Of a DNA stretch of 64,000 nucleotides, positions 40,602 to 49,964 are shown piece after piece. The stretch is from a virus. A model generated the notes under the pieces. That model saw only the letters and a list, made by a program, of their open reading frames with translations. It searched no databases and was not told where the DNA came from. Where the stretch lies: IMG/VR virus record IMGVR_UViG_3300008110_000009, one strand, 5' to 3'. The translations under genes and the position numbers were made by a program. Positions within the stretch are counted from its first letter, which is position 1. Every line of letters starts with the position of its first letter.

Positions 40602-41807
40602 TTATTTTAACTTACTCATTAAGTCCTTCATTCTTCTGAATTGTGGGTTTTCATAAGCTTTTGACTCTGCCAACATTTCTTGTGAAGATGAGCTTGAAGG
40701 AGTAGTTGCAATTTTTTCAACAACAGACTCGGTTACTGGTTTTTTAGTTTCAAGTTCTGCTTTGATAGAATTGTATAGATTTTTAGATTCGTTTATAGTT
40801 GAAATTGAATCAAATCTTTTTAAAATATTCAATTTCTCCTGTTTTGTAGTTGAATGTTCAGTAAATAAACGTGTTGCATAAGCAAGATTAGCATTAAACA
40901 CAGCAACTTCATTAAGTTTTTCTTTGAAAAGAACTAAAGCTTTTTTGTATTCAGAATTTTGCTTTTTAAGATTCTCAACCTCTTCGTTGATTGCTCCAGC
41001 AGCAAATACTTTCTTACTTTTTAAACCAGCTCTATCAGATCCACCCTTATCACCATGTTTATTCCATTTGGTTCTAGCAGCTTCTGTCGCTTCAACCTCC
41101 ATAGCATCTTCTTCAGCCATTTCCGATTCTTTTTCAGAATCTTCAACGTCTTCGTCATCTAATTCGATTTCGTAAACAGTTTCTTCGCTACCGTCTTCAC
41201 CTTCTGCAACTTCTTCAATAGACTCTTCCTCATTCCAGTCTTCAGGTATTTCAATTTCTTCTTCTTCAGAAACTTCACCTTCTTCCTCTTCTTCGGATTC
41301 GTCTAATTTAATGATGTATTCATCGTCCTCATCTTTAAGTTCGATGTTGTTACCATCTTTTTTAACAACTATACCATCTTCATCAGACATAGCTTTGAAA
41401 ACTTTTAAAACTTCCTCATCAGAAGCTCCTGTCATATCAAGCATATCATCATCAGCTGGCTCGCCCATTGATGGCATATCATCCATTGCTGGAGATTCGT
41501 CATCAACATTTTTTGATGGTTCATCATTTATCGAGGGTATTTCATCATCATCAGCTTCCTCAGCATCATCTTCCTCTTCTTCATCGGAAGCTGGCTGTTC
41601 TGACATGTCTTTTGATTCCTCTTCTTCAGGATTCATAGCTTCTTCTTCAGCAGCTACTTCTTCCTCTTCTTCTTCTGACTCTTTAAGCAACTCATTTAGT
41701 TCTTGCTTCATTACTGAAGAAAGTATACCTTTTGCATTTTGCTTTACTGCTTCTTCAAGTGTATTAACTTGAAGCAACGCTTGTTCTAGAATAGATTTTT
41801 CGGTCAT
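40602..41807 (-). CDS. Prohead core/scaffold protein (gp22-like)
   Basis: Highly acidic with coiled-coil C-terminus; lies between protease and capsid genes. Confidence 0.8.
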   Translation of the reverse strand: MTEKSILEQALLQVNTLEEAVKQNAKGILSSVMKQELNELLKESEEEEEEVAAEEEAMNPEEEESKDMSEQPASDEEEEDDAEEADDDEIPSINDEPSKNVDDESPAMDDMPSMGEPADDDMLDMTGASDEEVLKVFKAMSDEDGIVVKKDGNNIELKDEDDEYIIKLDESEEEEEGEVSEEEEIEIPEDWNEEESIEEVAEGEDGSEETVYEIELDDEDVEDSEKESEMAEEDAMEVEATEAARTKWNKHGDKGGSDRAGLKSKKVFAAGAINEEVENLKKQNSEYKKALVLFKEKLNEVAVFNANLAYATRLFTEHSTTKQEKLNILKRFDSISTINESKNLYNSIKAELETKKPVTESVVEKIATTPSSSSSQEMLAESKAYENPQFRRMKDLMSKLK

Positions 41808-41898
41808 CTTTTTATTTGATTTACTATATAAATATGCGTATAATCAAAAAAATCTACTTCTCAATATTGAAAAGAATGATTTTTTCTCGTTTTTATTA

Positions 41899-42588
41899 TT
41901 ATTTTGTTAAAAAAGAATCTAGTTTACCCATTAGTTTTTTCATCCTATCTTCAACGACCGGTCTTTCTTCAACAGTTTCGTTGAACTTATCCTTATCATT
42001 AATATCTTGGAATACATATGCACCAGGTGTTGATGGTGAAGACACTAAGTCAAAACAAACTAACTCAAAATCGTCTTGTACAATATTTTGACCTTTAATT
42101 TGTTTTAATGATCCAACCCCTCTAGATGATATACCTAGAGTAACCCCATTTAGTATTAGCATAGCCGCCTGGTCTCCCTTGCAGCTAACTATACCCATTT
42201 TTTTCCAACCAGGTGATGTTAAAATTTTTATTTTACCCATTAAGGTTTTTCCTTCCCACCACGTTTCTAAAATTGTGTGAGAAACTCTATCAAGATCGAT
42301 TAGAGATGAGGATGGGTGATTTAATTCGTTTAATGCAGATCCCTTTTTTATAATTGTTTGGTATTTTTCATTTTCCCTTTTTAATAAATTTTCAGGGTAA
42401 ATTCTACCATTTTTATTTGGGGTATCAAACTTTTGTAAAACAGCATACAGAATAAGGTCCTGATCGGTATCCTTATTCTGCATTTCTGTAATAATATTCT
42501 TGTTTTTATAATCTTCGGGTGATATGTGACCAGCATCATATTCAATCAAAATGCCTTTACCCGTTTCATTTGGTCCCAATACTTTCAT
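41899..42588 (-). CDS. Prohead protease (gp21-like)
   Basis: NKNGRIYP, ELNHP, VSH, GISSRGVGS and DLVSSPSTPGA motifs. Confidence 0.93.
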   Translation of the reverse strand: MKVLGPNETGKGILIEYDAGHISPEDYKNKNIITEMQNKDTDQDLILYAVLQKFDTPNKNGRIYPENLLKRENEKYQTIIKKGSALNELNHPSSSLIDLDRVSHTILETWWEGKTLMGKIKILTSPGWKKMGIVSCKGDQAAMLILNGVTLGISSRGVGSLKQIKGQNIVQDDFELVCFDLVSSPSTPGAYVFQDINDKDKFNETVEERPVVEDRMKKLMGKLDSFLTK

Positions 42589-42632
42589 TTATAGATATAT
42601 TAATATATCATATAAATACAAGCATTTTTGAA

Positions 42633-43061
42633 TCAAATCTTAGATTTGCTAAAATTGAACAAGCTTTTGTCAGATAAACACTTTTCAATTGAAGAATAAA
42701 GAAAGGTTTTTAATATTGATTTAATACTCTGAGATTTTACATCAAAAAAATTATCAACAAATAATGTGATCTCTAAATTCATAAAAGATCTCTTATTCAT
42801 TTTTATCCCCTTTGTTCTAATATCAAGATCAACTATACTTTCTTTTTTAAAATAACCATTAAAATCGTGTGTTCTTATTAGTTCTTTTATAGATTTCCTA
42901 GCAAAAGAAATTGTTTTGTCAAAATCTAATTCTTCGTTTTCAGGTTCAACCCAAGCATTTAATTTTAAGTAAATGGTTTTTAAATTTTTAAAGTCTACAG
43001 TACCATAACCAATTTTTACTTCTTTATAATCCCCTAGAGGAATATATTTCCCGATTTTCAT
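42633..43061 (-). CDS. Hypothetical protein
   Basis: 142 aa ORF. Confidence 0.55.
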   Translation of the reverse strand: MKIGKYIPLGDYKEVKIGYGTVDFKNLKTIYLKLNAWVEPENEELDFDKTISFARKSIKELIRTHDFNGYFKKESIVDLDIRTKGIKMNKRSFMNLEITLFVDNFFDVKSQSIKSILKTFLYSSIEKCLSDKSLFNFSKSKI

Positions 43062-43143
43062 TAACTTTTTACATAATTTTATTTATATTATGGTGTAATA
43101 TAATAATAACTAAAAATTTTTAATTTTCCAAAAAATTGTATTA

Positions 43144-43150
43144 TATTTAT
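43144..43150 (+). promoter_or_regulatory. Late promoter motif TATTTAT (example of ~20 copies)
   Basis: Found on the coding strand upstream of structural genes on both strands; see findings. Confidence 0.65.
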
Positions 43151-43155
43151 TTTAT

Positions 43156-43350
43156 ATGATTATAATTGACTTAAAAAAAGAAAAAAACATTGAGTCTGCT
43201 TTAAGAACTTACAAATATAAAGTTCAAAGAATAAAGCAGGTTCAAAAGTTAAGGGAGAGACAAGAATTTGTCAAACCATCAGTAAAAAGGCGCGCTGAAA
43301 TTCGCAAAGCGATATATGTGCAAAAAATCAAAAATGGTCTCGATAATTAA
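43156..43350 (+). CDS. rpsU: 30S ribosomal protein bS21 (phage-encoded)
   Basis: IESALR.YK.KV......LRERQEFVKPSVKRR...KA.Y; 64 aa, Bacteroidota type. Confidence 0.92.
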   Translation: MIIIDLKKEKNIESALRTYKYKVQRIKQVQKLRERQEFVKPSVKRRAEIRKAIYVQKIKNGLDN

Positions 43351-43365
43351 TCAAGACCATTTTTT
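43330..43365. terminator. Inverted repeat over convergent stop codons (bidirectional terminator candidate)
   Basis: AAAAATGGTCTCGA-TAATTAA-TCAAGACCATTTTT. Confidence 0.6.
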
Positions 43366-44090
43366 AATTCTATCAATCTGAAGTAATTTAATCTGGAAAC
43401 TTCTTTTGTGTTAACTTCTTGTTTAACTCTATTAAGTTTTTCGTTCATTTCTTTGTCATTCGATTCTACTAAAAGACCTTCAATTTTATTATTGATACCT
43501 TCTTTCAGTTCGGTTGTTTTAACAACAAGCTCATCATTTGATAATGACATAATATCTTTAAATTCTTTCTTTTGTTCTTCGTTTAAATTATTAGAATATA
43601 AAACATTAAAATTGTTTGCCAATACCCCGTAAAGAAGACTTTCATTAACAGTAAAAGGCTCATTACCTTTTGTTGCAATATCTTTTTTCTTTGTTAAATG
43701 CTCAACTAATTTCTTTTTCGCGACAACTTTGCTTTCAATATTTGATAATGTATCTTTTGAAAATAGTTGATCCAAAGACTCGTATAATTCATTACTATCT
43801 GAAGATATATTACCTAATTTTTTATCTAGTTTTTTACAAAAATCAGTAATTTCACTAATTGTTGATTGGCTATTTACCATATTCTCCAACCCCTCAATAT
43901 ATAGCTTTGCGGTTTCTTTATCCTCAATATATTTGTTTTCGATCTCCTCATAAAACAAATACATCTCTTTGAACTTCTTGTTCTCAAGTACGGTTTTAAT
44001 AATATCTTTTATTTCAGATTTATTCTTGCTGCCGTATGATTCGGTCAACTTCTTTAACAGTTTAGTTTTAATGATACCAACTTTGCTCAT
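43347..44090 (-). CDS. Hypothetical helical protein downstream of portal
   Basis: 247 aa ORF in the head module. Confidence 0.6.
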   Translation of the reverse strand: MSKVGIIKTKLLKKLTESYGSKNKSEIKDIIKTVLENKKFKEMYLFYEEIENKYIEDKETAKLYIEGLENMVNSQSTISEITDFCKKLDKKLGNISSDSNELYESLDQLFSKDTLSNIESKVVAKKKLVEHLTKKKDIATKGNEPFTVNESLLYGVLANNFNVLYSNNLNEEQKKEFKDIMSLSNDELVVKTTELKEGINNKIEGLLVESNDKEMNEKLNRVKQEVNTKEVSRLNYFRLIELKNGLD

Positions 44091-44092
44091 TT

Positions 44093-45889
44093 TTATTGGT
44101 TTAATATGTCTTTTAATTTATTTTCTATTTCATAAATATTCTTCTTAGCTTTATCTAGATCAAATAAATCTGAAATGTCGTCACTTTCTCCTAGAATATT
44201 ATTCATTTTTATTTTTCTACTTTCACTTAATGGTTCTGCTGGTGCTGAATCGCCGCCCCCTGATGGTGGTGGTGATGTCATATCCATTCCAGAATCCCCA
44301 CCCTCAGCTGCTGCCGCATCTACTTTTGCTCTTTCTTCTTCTGGTATACCATACTTAGAATCTACCTCATCAAATACACCAGATCTTGGGATGATCTTAG
44401 CTGTATTTGTTAATTCAGCCCCCATAGCTCTTTCAAGTCTTTGTTGCTGAAGATCAAGTATAACTTCATTATCACTCATACCCAAGATATTTTTCTTAGC
44501 CCAAGTATGTGAAACAGGTAGAATACCAACTTGTGATTGATCCGAAGTGGCGTCTTTGTAAAGTGTCACCTTTTCTTTCCATTGCTCAATCTTTAATAGA
44601 TCCGCTTGTGAAGATGGATTAGTTAAACCTAATGTAAAGTTTTCTAATTCGTCTTCTAAACCTAAAAGATATAAGTGAATTAATGCTATTTTATTTAATT
44701 CTTGAACTAAAGATTTTTGAACTCTATTAATTGTTCTTGCAAAACGAATGTCCATTAATGCAAGATTTTTACCGTCGCCAACAACTTCTTCAAAACCTAA
44801 AAACGCTTTAGGTATTCTAAGTGCAGCTAATAGTTTCTTTTGAATATACTCAATATCGGCAATCTCGCCTAAGTTTTGTGCTCCTGCTAAAGTCTCAATT
44901 GGACTAGGTGCAGCTGGATCACGAACTGGTATAAAATAATCTTGATCAATAGCCATCTGATTATATCTCATATCGACTTGACCATTTCTTTGGTCAACAA
45001 CAGTGTCTCTTTTGAATTTACTTGCAACACGTTGTACATATGCTTCAATATCTTTATCATCCATGTTACCAACAAACACCTTAAACACTCTTCTTTCGGG
45101 CGCTCTTGATGTTCTATAAATCAACATAGCATCTTCAGCTAAAAGTAATTGTTTCCAAATTCTTCTAACTTTATCTAACATTGATGTACCATAAGGAAGT
45201 TTTCTATCATCTCCTAATAATCTAAAATGAGCTACTTCCCATGATTGAAATTCCATGTCTTTGTTTTTCCATGTAAAACGCAATTCACGAATTGGCATTC
45301 TAATTTCACCTTGATTAGGTGTTCTTGTTTGAGCTCCCTCCCATCTTTCAATTTCAATATTTGGTAATTGCTGACAACCAACAACCCCCTTTTCTGGATC
45401 ACTTTTTAAGTAAACAAAGTTATCACCATACTTACATAAGTTTCTAGCCCACATTTGAAGATTGGTGTTTATATCCAACCTATTTTCAAATAAATCTGTT
45501 AAAATATTTTTTACTCGCGTAGATTCTGAATAAACGCTTAAGATAGTCCCTTTTTCTGATATTGTTGTAGACTCTTCAGAATATATATCCAAAGCGGCTG
45601 ATATCTCAGGAGTAAATTCCATCGACTCAAAATCATAATACGCTGCCAATCTATTTGGTTCGTAATAAACAGACTGATTATATAATGAATTATCTAATTT
45701 AGTCCATTTATCAAAAAGAAATTGCGATTGCTGCGCTTGCAGTTTCGCCTTTTCAAATTCAACTGGATCATCCGTTTTTAATAACTCTTCTCTTGAAAAA
45801 TTAAAGGAAGGTGGATTTTGATCCCCTTTGTTTTGAAACCCAAATACTTTGGTTAACCTCTGATAAATGGTCAAGTCTTGATTCGCCAT
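44093..45889 (-). CDS. Portal protein (T4 gp20-like)
   Basis: LAEDAMLIYRTSRAPERRVF, QDYFIP, IETLAG and DI.YIQKKL motifs. Confidence 0.95.
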   Translation of the reverse strand: MANQDLTIYQRLTKVFGFQNKGDQNPPSFNFSREELLKTDDPVEFEKAKLQAQQSQFLFDKWTKLDNSLYNQSVYYEPNRLAAYYDFESMEFTPEISAALDIYSEESTTISEKGTILSVYSESTRVKNILTDLFENRLDINTNLQMWARNLCKYGDNFVYLKSDPEKGVVGCQQLPNIEIERWEGAQTRTPNQGEIRMPIRELRFTWKNKDMEFQSWEVAHFRLLGDDRKLPYGTSMLDKVRRIWKQLLLAEDAMLIYRTSRAPERRVFKVFVGNMDDKDIEAYVQRVASKFKRDTVVDQRNGQVDMRYNQMAIDQDYFIPVRDPAAPSPIETLAGAQNLGEIADIEYIQKKLLAALRIPKAFLGFEEVVGDGKNLALMDIRFARTINRVQKSLVQELNKIALIHLYLLGLEDELENFTLGLTNPSSQADLLKIEQWKEKVTLYKDATSDQSQVGILPVSHTWAKKNILGMSDNEVILDLQQQRLERAMGAELTNTAKIIPRSGVFDEVDSKYGIPEEERAKVDAAAAEGGDSGMDMTSPPPSGGGDSAPAEPLSESRKIKMNNILGESDDISDLFDLDKAKKNIYEIENKLKDILNQ

Positions 45890-45933
45890 ACTATATAAAT
45901 ACTATTCTATTTAATCTAATTAAAATTTAAGGA

Positions 45934-47686
45934 TTAATCAACCCTTTTTTTGCCACCAAACAACCATGAATATTGATTATATTGTTCTTTAGCGGGTACA
46001 TTGGATGTAGATGACTTGGCATATGGTGAACTATCTATTTGCATCATCCCTACTTGATCAAAAGAAGTGCCATAAGAATATACGTTACTCTGCGGTGCTT
46101 CATATGTTCTTTCTGACATCACCCAAGATTCAAGCATAGCTTTATTCTGTTGTTCGTTTCTTTTAAGTTGTGTAAATGATATGTCACCGGCGTACATTGC
46201 AATAGCAATACTCATAATCGCGTCATCATGAGCTCCTTTCATGTGATTTGGTTTACCATTAATATAAACGAATGTATTAAGTTCATTTAGTAACCTGTGT
46301 GACCTGATTATAAAATCGTGTCTTAATTGTTCTTCAAAACAAGCAACTATTTGAGTTCTTTTGTTATTAAAGTTTATACCAGGTATTTTTTCCAACGCTT
46401 TATGATTGTATTCCCACATATTCTTTGTGTTAAACCCATCAATAAACAAATCCCTATAATTCATCTCCTGCAACTTCCTTGATGTTGCTACACCCATTCC
46501 TCCTGTTATATCAATAACAATGAACGCGTTATAAAGAATACCCCACAATATATTCTAACACCTGCTCCCTTGAATCAAAGTCAATAATATTAATGGAAGA
46601 AAAGTCATCACTATCACCTCTGCTAACATCCACCCCCATAATATATCTATGCCCCTCTTCTGGATCTTTCCATTGCCATAATGTACCTTGCATGTATTTT
46701 TCCTTGGGAGGTTTAACCATTGTTTTAGCAATTCTTTCCATTGTTTCAGAAGGAATAACGCTGTCACCAGATCCCAAGAAGTCACACTCTAATTCTTGTG
46801 CAATTTTTCTTTTATCATACTTGAATTTTTTAGACATAGATTCAAACCAACTTGAATATGGTTTATAACCCTGGTCCATATATTCTTGATATTTCATTAG
46901 ATCATAGTCCGGATCATTAAGTGTGATTTCCTCATCATTATATTGTTCCCTATTCAACATATAATGAACAATATCATCTACTTTTAACCAAGCTAAATCT
47001 TTTGTATATCTTGGGTCTTTGAACCATCTTAAATCCGTTATATGAAAATCATTAATACCTCTAATAGCTTGTTCATAAACACCGTAATATATTGGGTCAT
47101 AACCGTTTGGTGTTGAAATTAATATGATTTTACCTCCGGTTGATAACGATGCCATAGATGCTGCCCAAAAGTCTTCACCAGCTTCAATATATGCGGCCTC
47201 ATCAAAAACTAATATGGTTGGTGTGTAACCACGTAACGCATCTGATGATGTAGCAACAGCTTTAACCTCACAACCATTATTTAATCTAAATCTACTTTCA
47301 GAGTTTTTATCAGGATGAAACCCAACATTAATCCAATCTGGCCACTGATCCAAAAACATTCTCACTTTATTAGCCATTTCTATTGCGGTATCTCTTTTAT
47401 TCGCAATAATCAACACTCTTTCGGGGTTTTCTGGTTTTGCTAATTGTAATTTCTTAGAAATCCAAGCAGCAGTAACAGTAGATACACCAGCTTGTCTATA
47501 TTTTCTTGTGATATTTTCATTAAATTGTTCGTAATCGTTTAGTAATTGTATTTGATCTGGAAACAACTCTAGAGGTACAAATTTCTTTTGTGTGTTGTCA
47601 TATGTTTGAAGATACGTTTTAAGCGCGTAAGGTGTATCTTTCATTACACGTGCATATTCTTTTAATTGTTCAATTTTGTTGTTCAT
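45934..47686 (-). pseudogene. Terminase large subunit (gp17-like), split by an apparent frameshifting deletion at ~46546
   Basis: ATPase part (KYRQAGVST, FDEAA, ISTPNG) and start of the nuclease (GVDVSRG..DDFS) in 46529..47686. The rest of the nuclease (…HDDAIMS) is in another frame, 45934..46545. Confidence 0.8.
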
Positions 47687-47699
47687 ATATATAAATACA

Positions 47700-47723
47700 A
47701 AAGGTGTCGAATTCGACACCTTT
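47700..47723. terminator. Perfect 24-nt palindrome / terminator
   Basis: AAAGGTGTCGAATTCGACACCTTT. Confidence 0.7.
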
Positions 47724-47744
47724 AAGTTAATTTAGATTTTTTTA

Positions 47745-49034
47745 TTAGCTTGGTAAATCAATACCTAAATCACCTAGAAATCCTAATAAATCATCTGTAT
47801 CGGTATTATCTGATGTTTTATTTAATTCATCATCAAATTGTTTCATTGATTGTCTATAGTCATAATCATTGATCTCACCATTTATCATTTGATAAAGCAA
47901 ACCCATCAATCTTTTTCCATTTTCAGATCCAGATAAAACTTCTTTTAAGAATACTAAAAATTCTTTAGCTGGTTTAGCAACGATTTTTTGAAATAAAATT
48001 AATTGCATACCAACTTTATCCTCGTCTGTTATGATTTCTTCAGGAAAAGCATTTTTTATAATGTCCCATATAGCTGGGCCCAATCTAAAATCCCAAATTT
48101 CTTGTTGTAACGTGTCTTCAAGTTCAATTACCTTTGATGCAATTTCTTTATCTTTAGGTTGCCCATGTAATGCTGCAATTACTTCATACGTTCCTTTCAT
48201 TAATTCGTGTACTAAAATAGGAAAACTAATTGCAGTTGCAACAACTCTTGGCGGCGTTTCGTTTGGAAAAATTCTTTCCTTGCCTCCCGCCATAGGTGTG
48301 CCACCACCGCCACTTAAACCAAGTTGATAGTTACCTCTTTGCCATAACATCGCTTCTGATGAAGACATAAGTGTTCCATATAAAGCGGCGATATTTCTTT
48401 CACCTGTAATTTCAATTAATCGTTCGTTTGCGTAATTATACATGTAATGACCTTTTGATGATGCTCCCGCCATCATAGCATTGATCATTCTTCTTTTCGC
48501 TCTTTCTAATGTAAGGTCCTCAACATCATCTAATATTTCTTTATCTAGTTCGATTTCTTCTGGTTCCATCTCATCAGGGTTTTTATTTTCAAACCCTTCT
48601 TCATCAGGTCTATCGATTGACGCTTCATAAACTATATCACCTTCTTCAACCCCAAGTTCCTTCATTACTAATTCTATCGCTAAATTTTCCAATTCCCCTC
48701 TATGTCTCAGCTCAATATTATAAATTCTATATGAAACTTCCATCATTGTGTTTAAAATACTCTGAGCATTTCCAGAAGAAAGTGGTGGTAATCCCGTGTA
48801 TCTTCTTACATTAGCAACAATTTGTTTATATCTTTCTGAAGCTAGAAGTTCTTCAAAATTTGAATGTGGTTCATTAACACTCTGTGGAAAATTTACCTTT
48901 TTAAAAGGATGTTCTCTAGTTTGTAAATCACGTTGAATATCAGGATGTGGCCTATCAGCCGAATCAAAAGTCATTGGCATTTCATTAAGATTTTCTTTCA
49001 ATCTTAATAATAACTCTTTTTTAGTAATTTTCAT
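47745..49034 (-). CDS. Conserved-looking hypothetical late protein
   Basis: 429 aa; 'FPILVHELMKG', 'EDTL..E.WD.RLGP.IW'. Confidence 0.6.
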   Translation of the reverse strand: MKITKKELLLRLKENLNEMPMTFDSADRPHPDIQRDLQTREHPFKKVNFPQSVNEPHSNFEELLASERYKQIVANVRRYTGLPPLSSGNAQSILNTMMEVSYRIYNIELRHRGELENLAIELVMKELGVEEGDIVYEASIDRPDEEGFENKNPDEMEPEEIELDKEILDDVEDLTLERAKRRMINAMMAGASSKGHYMYNYANERLIEITGERNIAALYGTLMSSSEAMLWQRGNYQLGLSGGGGTPMAGGKERIFPNETPPRVVATAISFPILVHELMKGTYEVIAALHGQPKDKEIASKVIELEDTLQQEIWDFRLGPAIWDIIKNAFPEEIITDEDKVGMQLILFQKIVAKPAKEFLVFLKEVLSGSENGKRLMGLLYQMINGEINDYDYRQSMKQFDDELNKTSDNTDTDDLLGFLGDLGIDLPS

Positions 49035-49041
49035 AGTCTAA

Positions 49042-49566
49042 TTATTCAGCTGCCATTGGCATTGAATTCAATTTTTTAGTTTTAGCTTTTGGTCTTGGGT
49101 CTACAGCAGGTTCTTCATTAGGATTTCTAAAAGGAGCCCTTCTAGGATCTCTTTCAGGTCTATCTACATCAGGGGTTTCTTTTGGTGGAGCATCAATTCC
49201 TGGTGCATCTTTTTCTGGCGCTTCTTTTTCACCCGCACTAATAATACTATCAAAACTCATAAATTCAGGAATTCTTGGTACATTCTTCTCAGATAATTCA
49301 ACATCAGATTCATTTAGTGGTATAACCTCATCTTCCTTAACTTCAATTTTTGTTTTATCAACTTTTGGATCTTTTAGTATGCTATTCAATGTGGCAACAT
49401 CTTTTGGATCTTTACTATTATAAACAGTTTTTGTTGTTGTAACTGTTTGAGCTTCTTTCAAAACTTTATTAGCAAATTTCTCTAATTGGATATCATTAAA
49501 TTTAACTAATGTTTTTTCTGTAAATCCTTCAGACATTAGTTTTTCTATTAATTGAGCTCTATTCAT
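49042..49566 (-). CDS. Hypothetical protein, Pro-rich C-terminus
   Basis: ORF track, in operon. Confidence 0.55.
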   Translation of the reverse strand: MNRAQLIEKLMSEGFTEKTLVKFNDIQLEKFANKVLKEAQTVTTTKTVYNSKDPKDVATLNSILKDPKVDKTKIEVKEDEVIPLNESDVELSEKNVPRIPEFMSFDSIISAGEKEAPEKDAPGIDAPPKETPDVDRPERDPRRAPFRNPNEEPAVDPRPKAKTKKLNSMPMAAE

Positions 49567-49964
49567 TTTAATTTAAAATTTATTTCTTCGTTAATTAATC
49601 TAAGCCCCTTTGTTGCTAATTTGGTAGTAACACTTTCTAATTCTTCAGCAAAATGAAAAGAGAGTCTTATTGGCCTCTCTTCCGCTTCCATATCAAAAAC
49701 TTCCCACCCTAAAGCAACAATCCCATCAACAGCGTCGATTACACCAAAATAGTCAGAATTTTGCACTAGTTCAAGTTTTAAATCAGAATTTTTTAACAAC
49801 CCAACTAGATCTATACTATCAACTTCCGGTGGTATCGCTCTACCTGCAGACGGGATTATAAACCACTCTTCAACCAATGTGTCTGGATCATTACCAAAGA
49901 TAAATTCGTATTGTCTCTGGCCTTTATAATCTTGACCCAGTTCATTGATATAGAGTAGATACAT
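49563..49964 (-). CDS. Hypothetical protein
   Basis: ORF track, translationally coupled. Confidence 0.6.
   Translation of the reverse strand: MYLLYINELGQDYKGQRQYEFIFGNDPDTLVEEWFIIPSAGRAIPPEVDSIDLVGLLKNSDLKLELVQNSDYFGVIDAVDGIVALGWEVFDMEAEERPIRLSFHFAEELESVTTKLATKGLRLINEEINFKLK

Noticed and set aside
40924-41772. Ser-rich plus-strand ORFs here and at 44175 and 49977
   Set aside because: Antisense reading of Glu/Asp-rich genes (GAA/GAT codons give TTC/ATC/TCT runs).
45934-47719. Intron, intein or translational bypass explaining the split terminase
   Set aside because: No inserted sequence at the junction; sequence appears to be missing instead.
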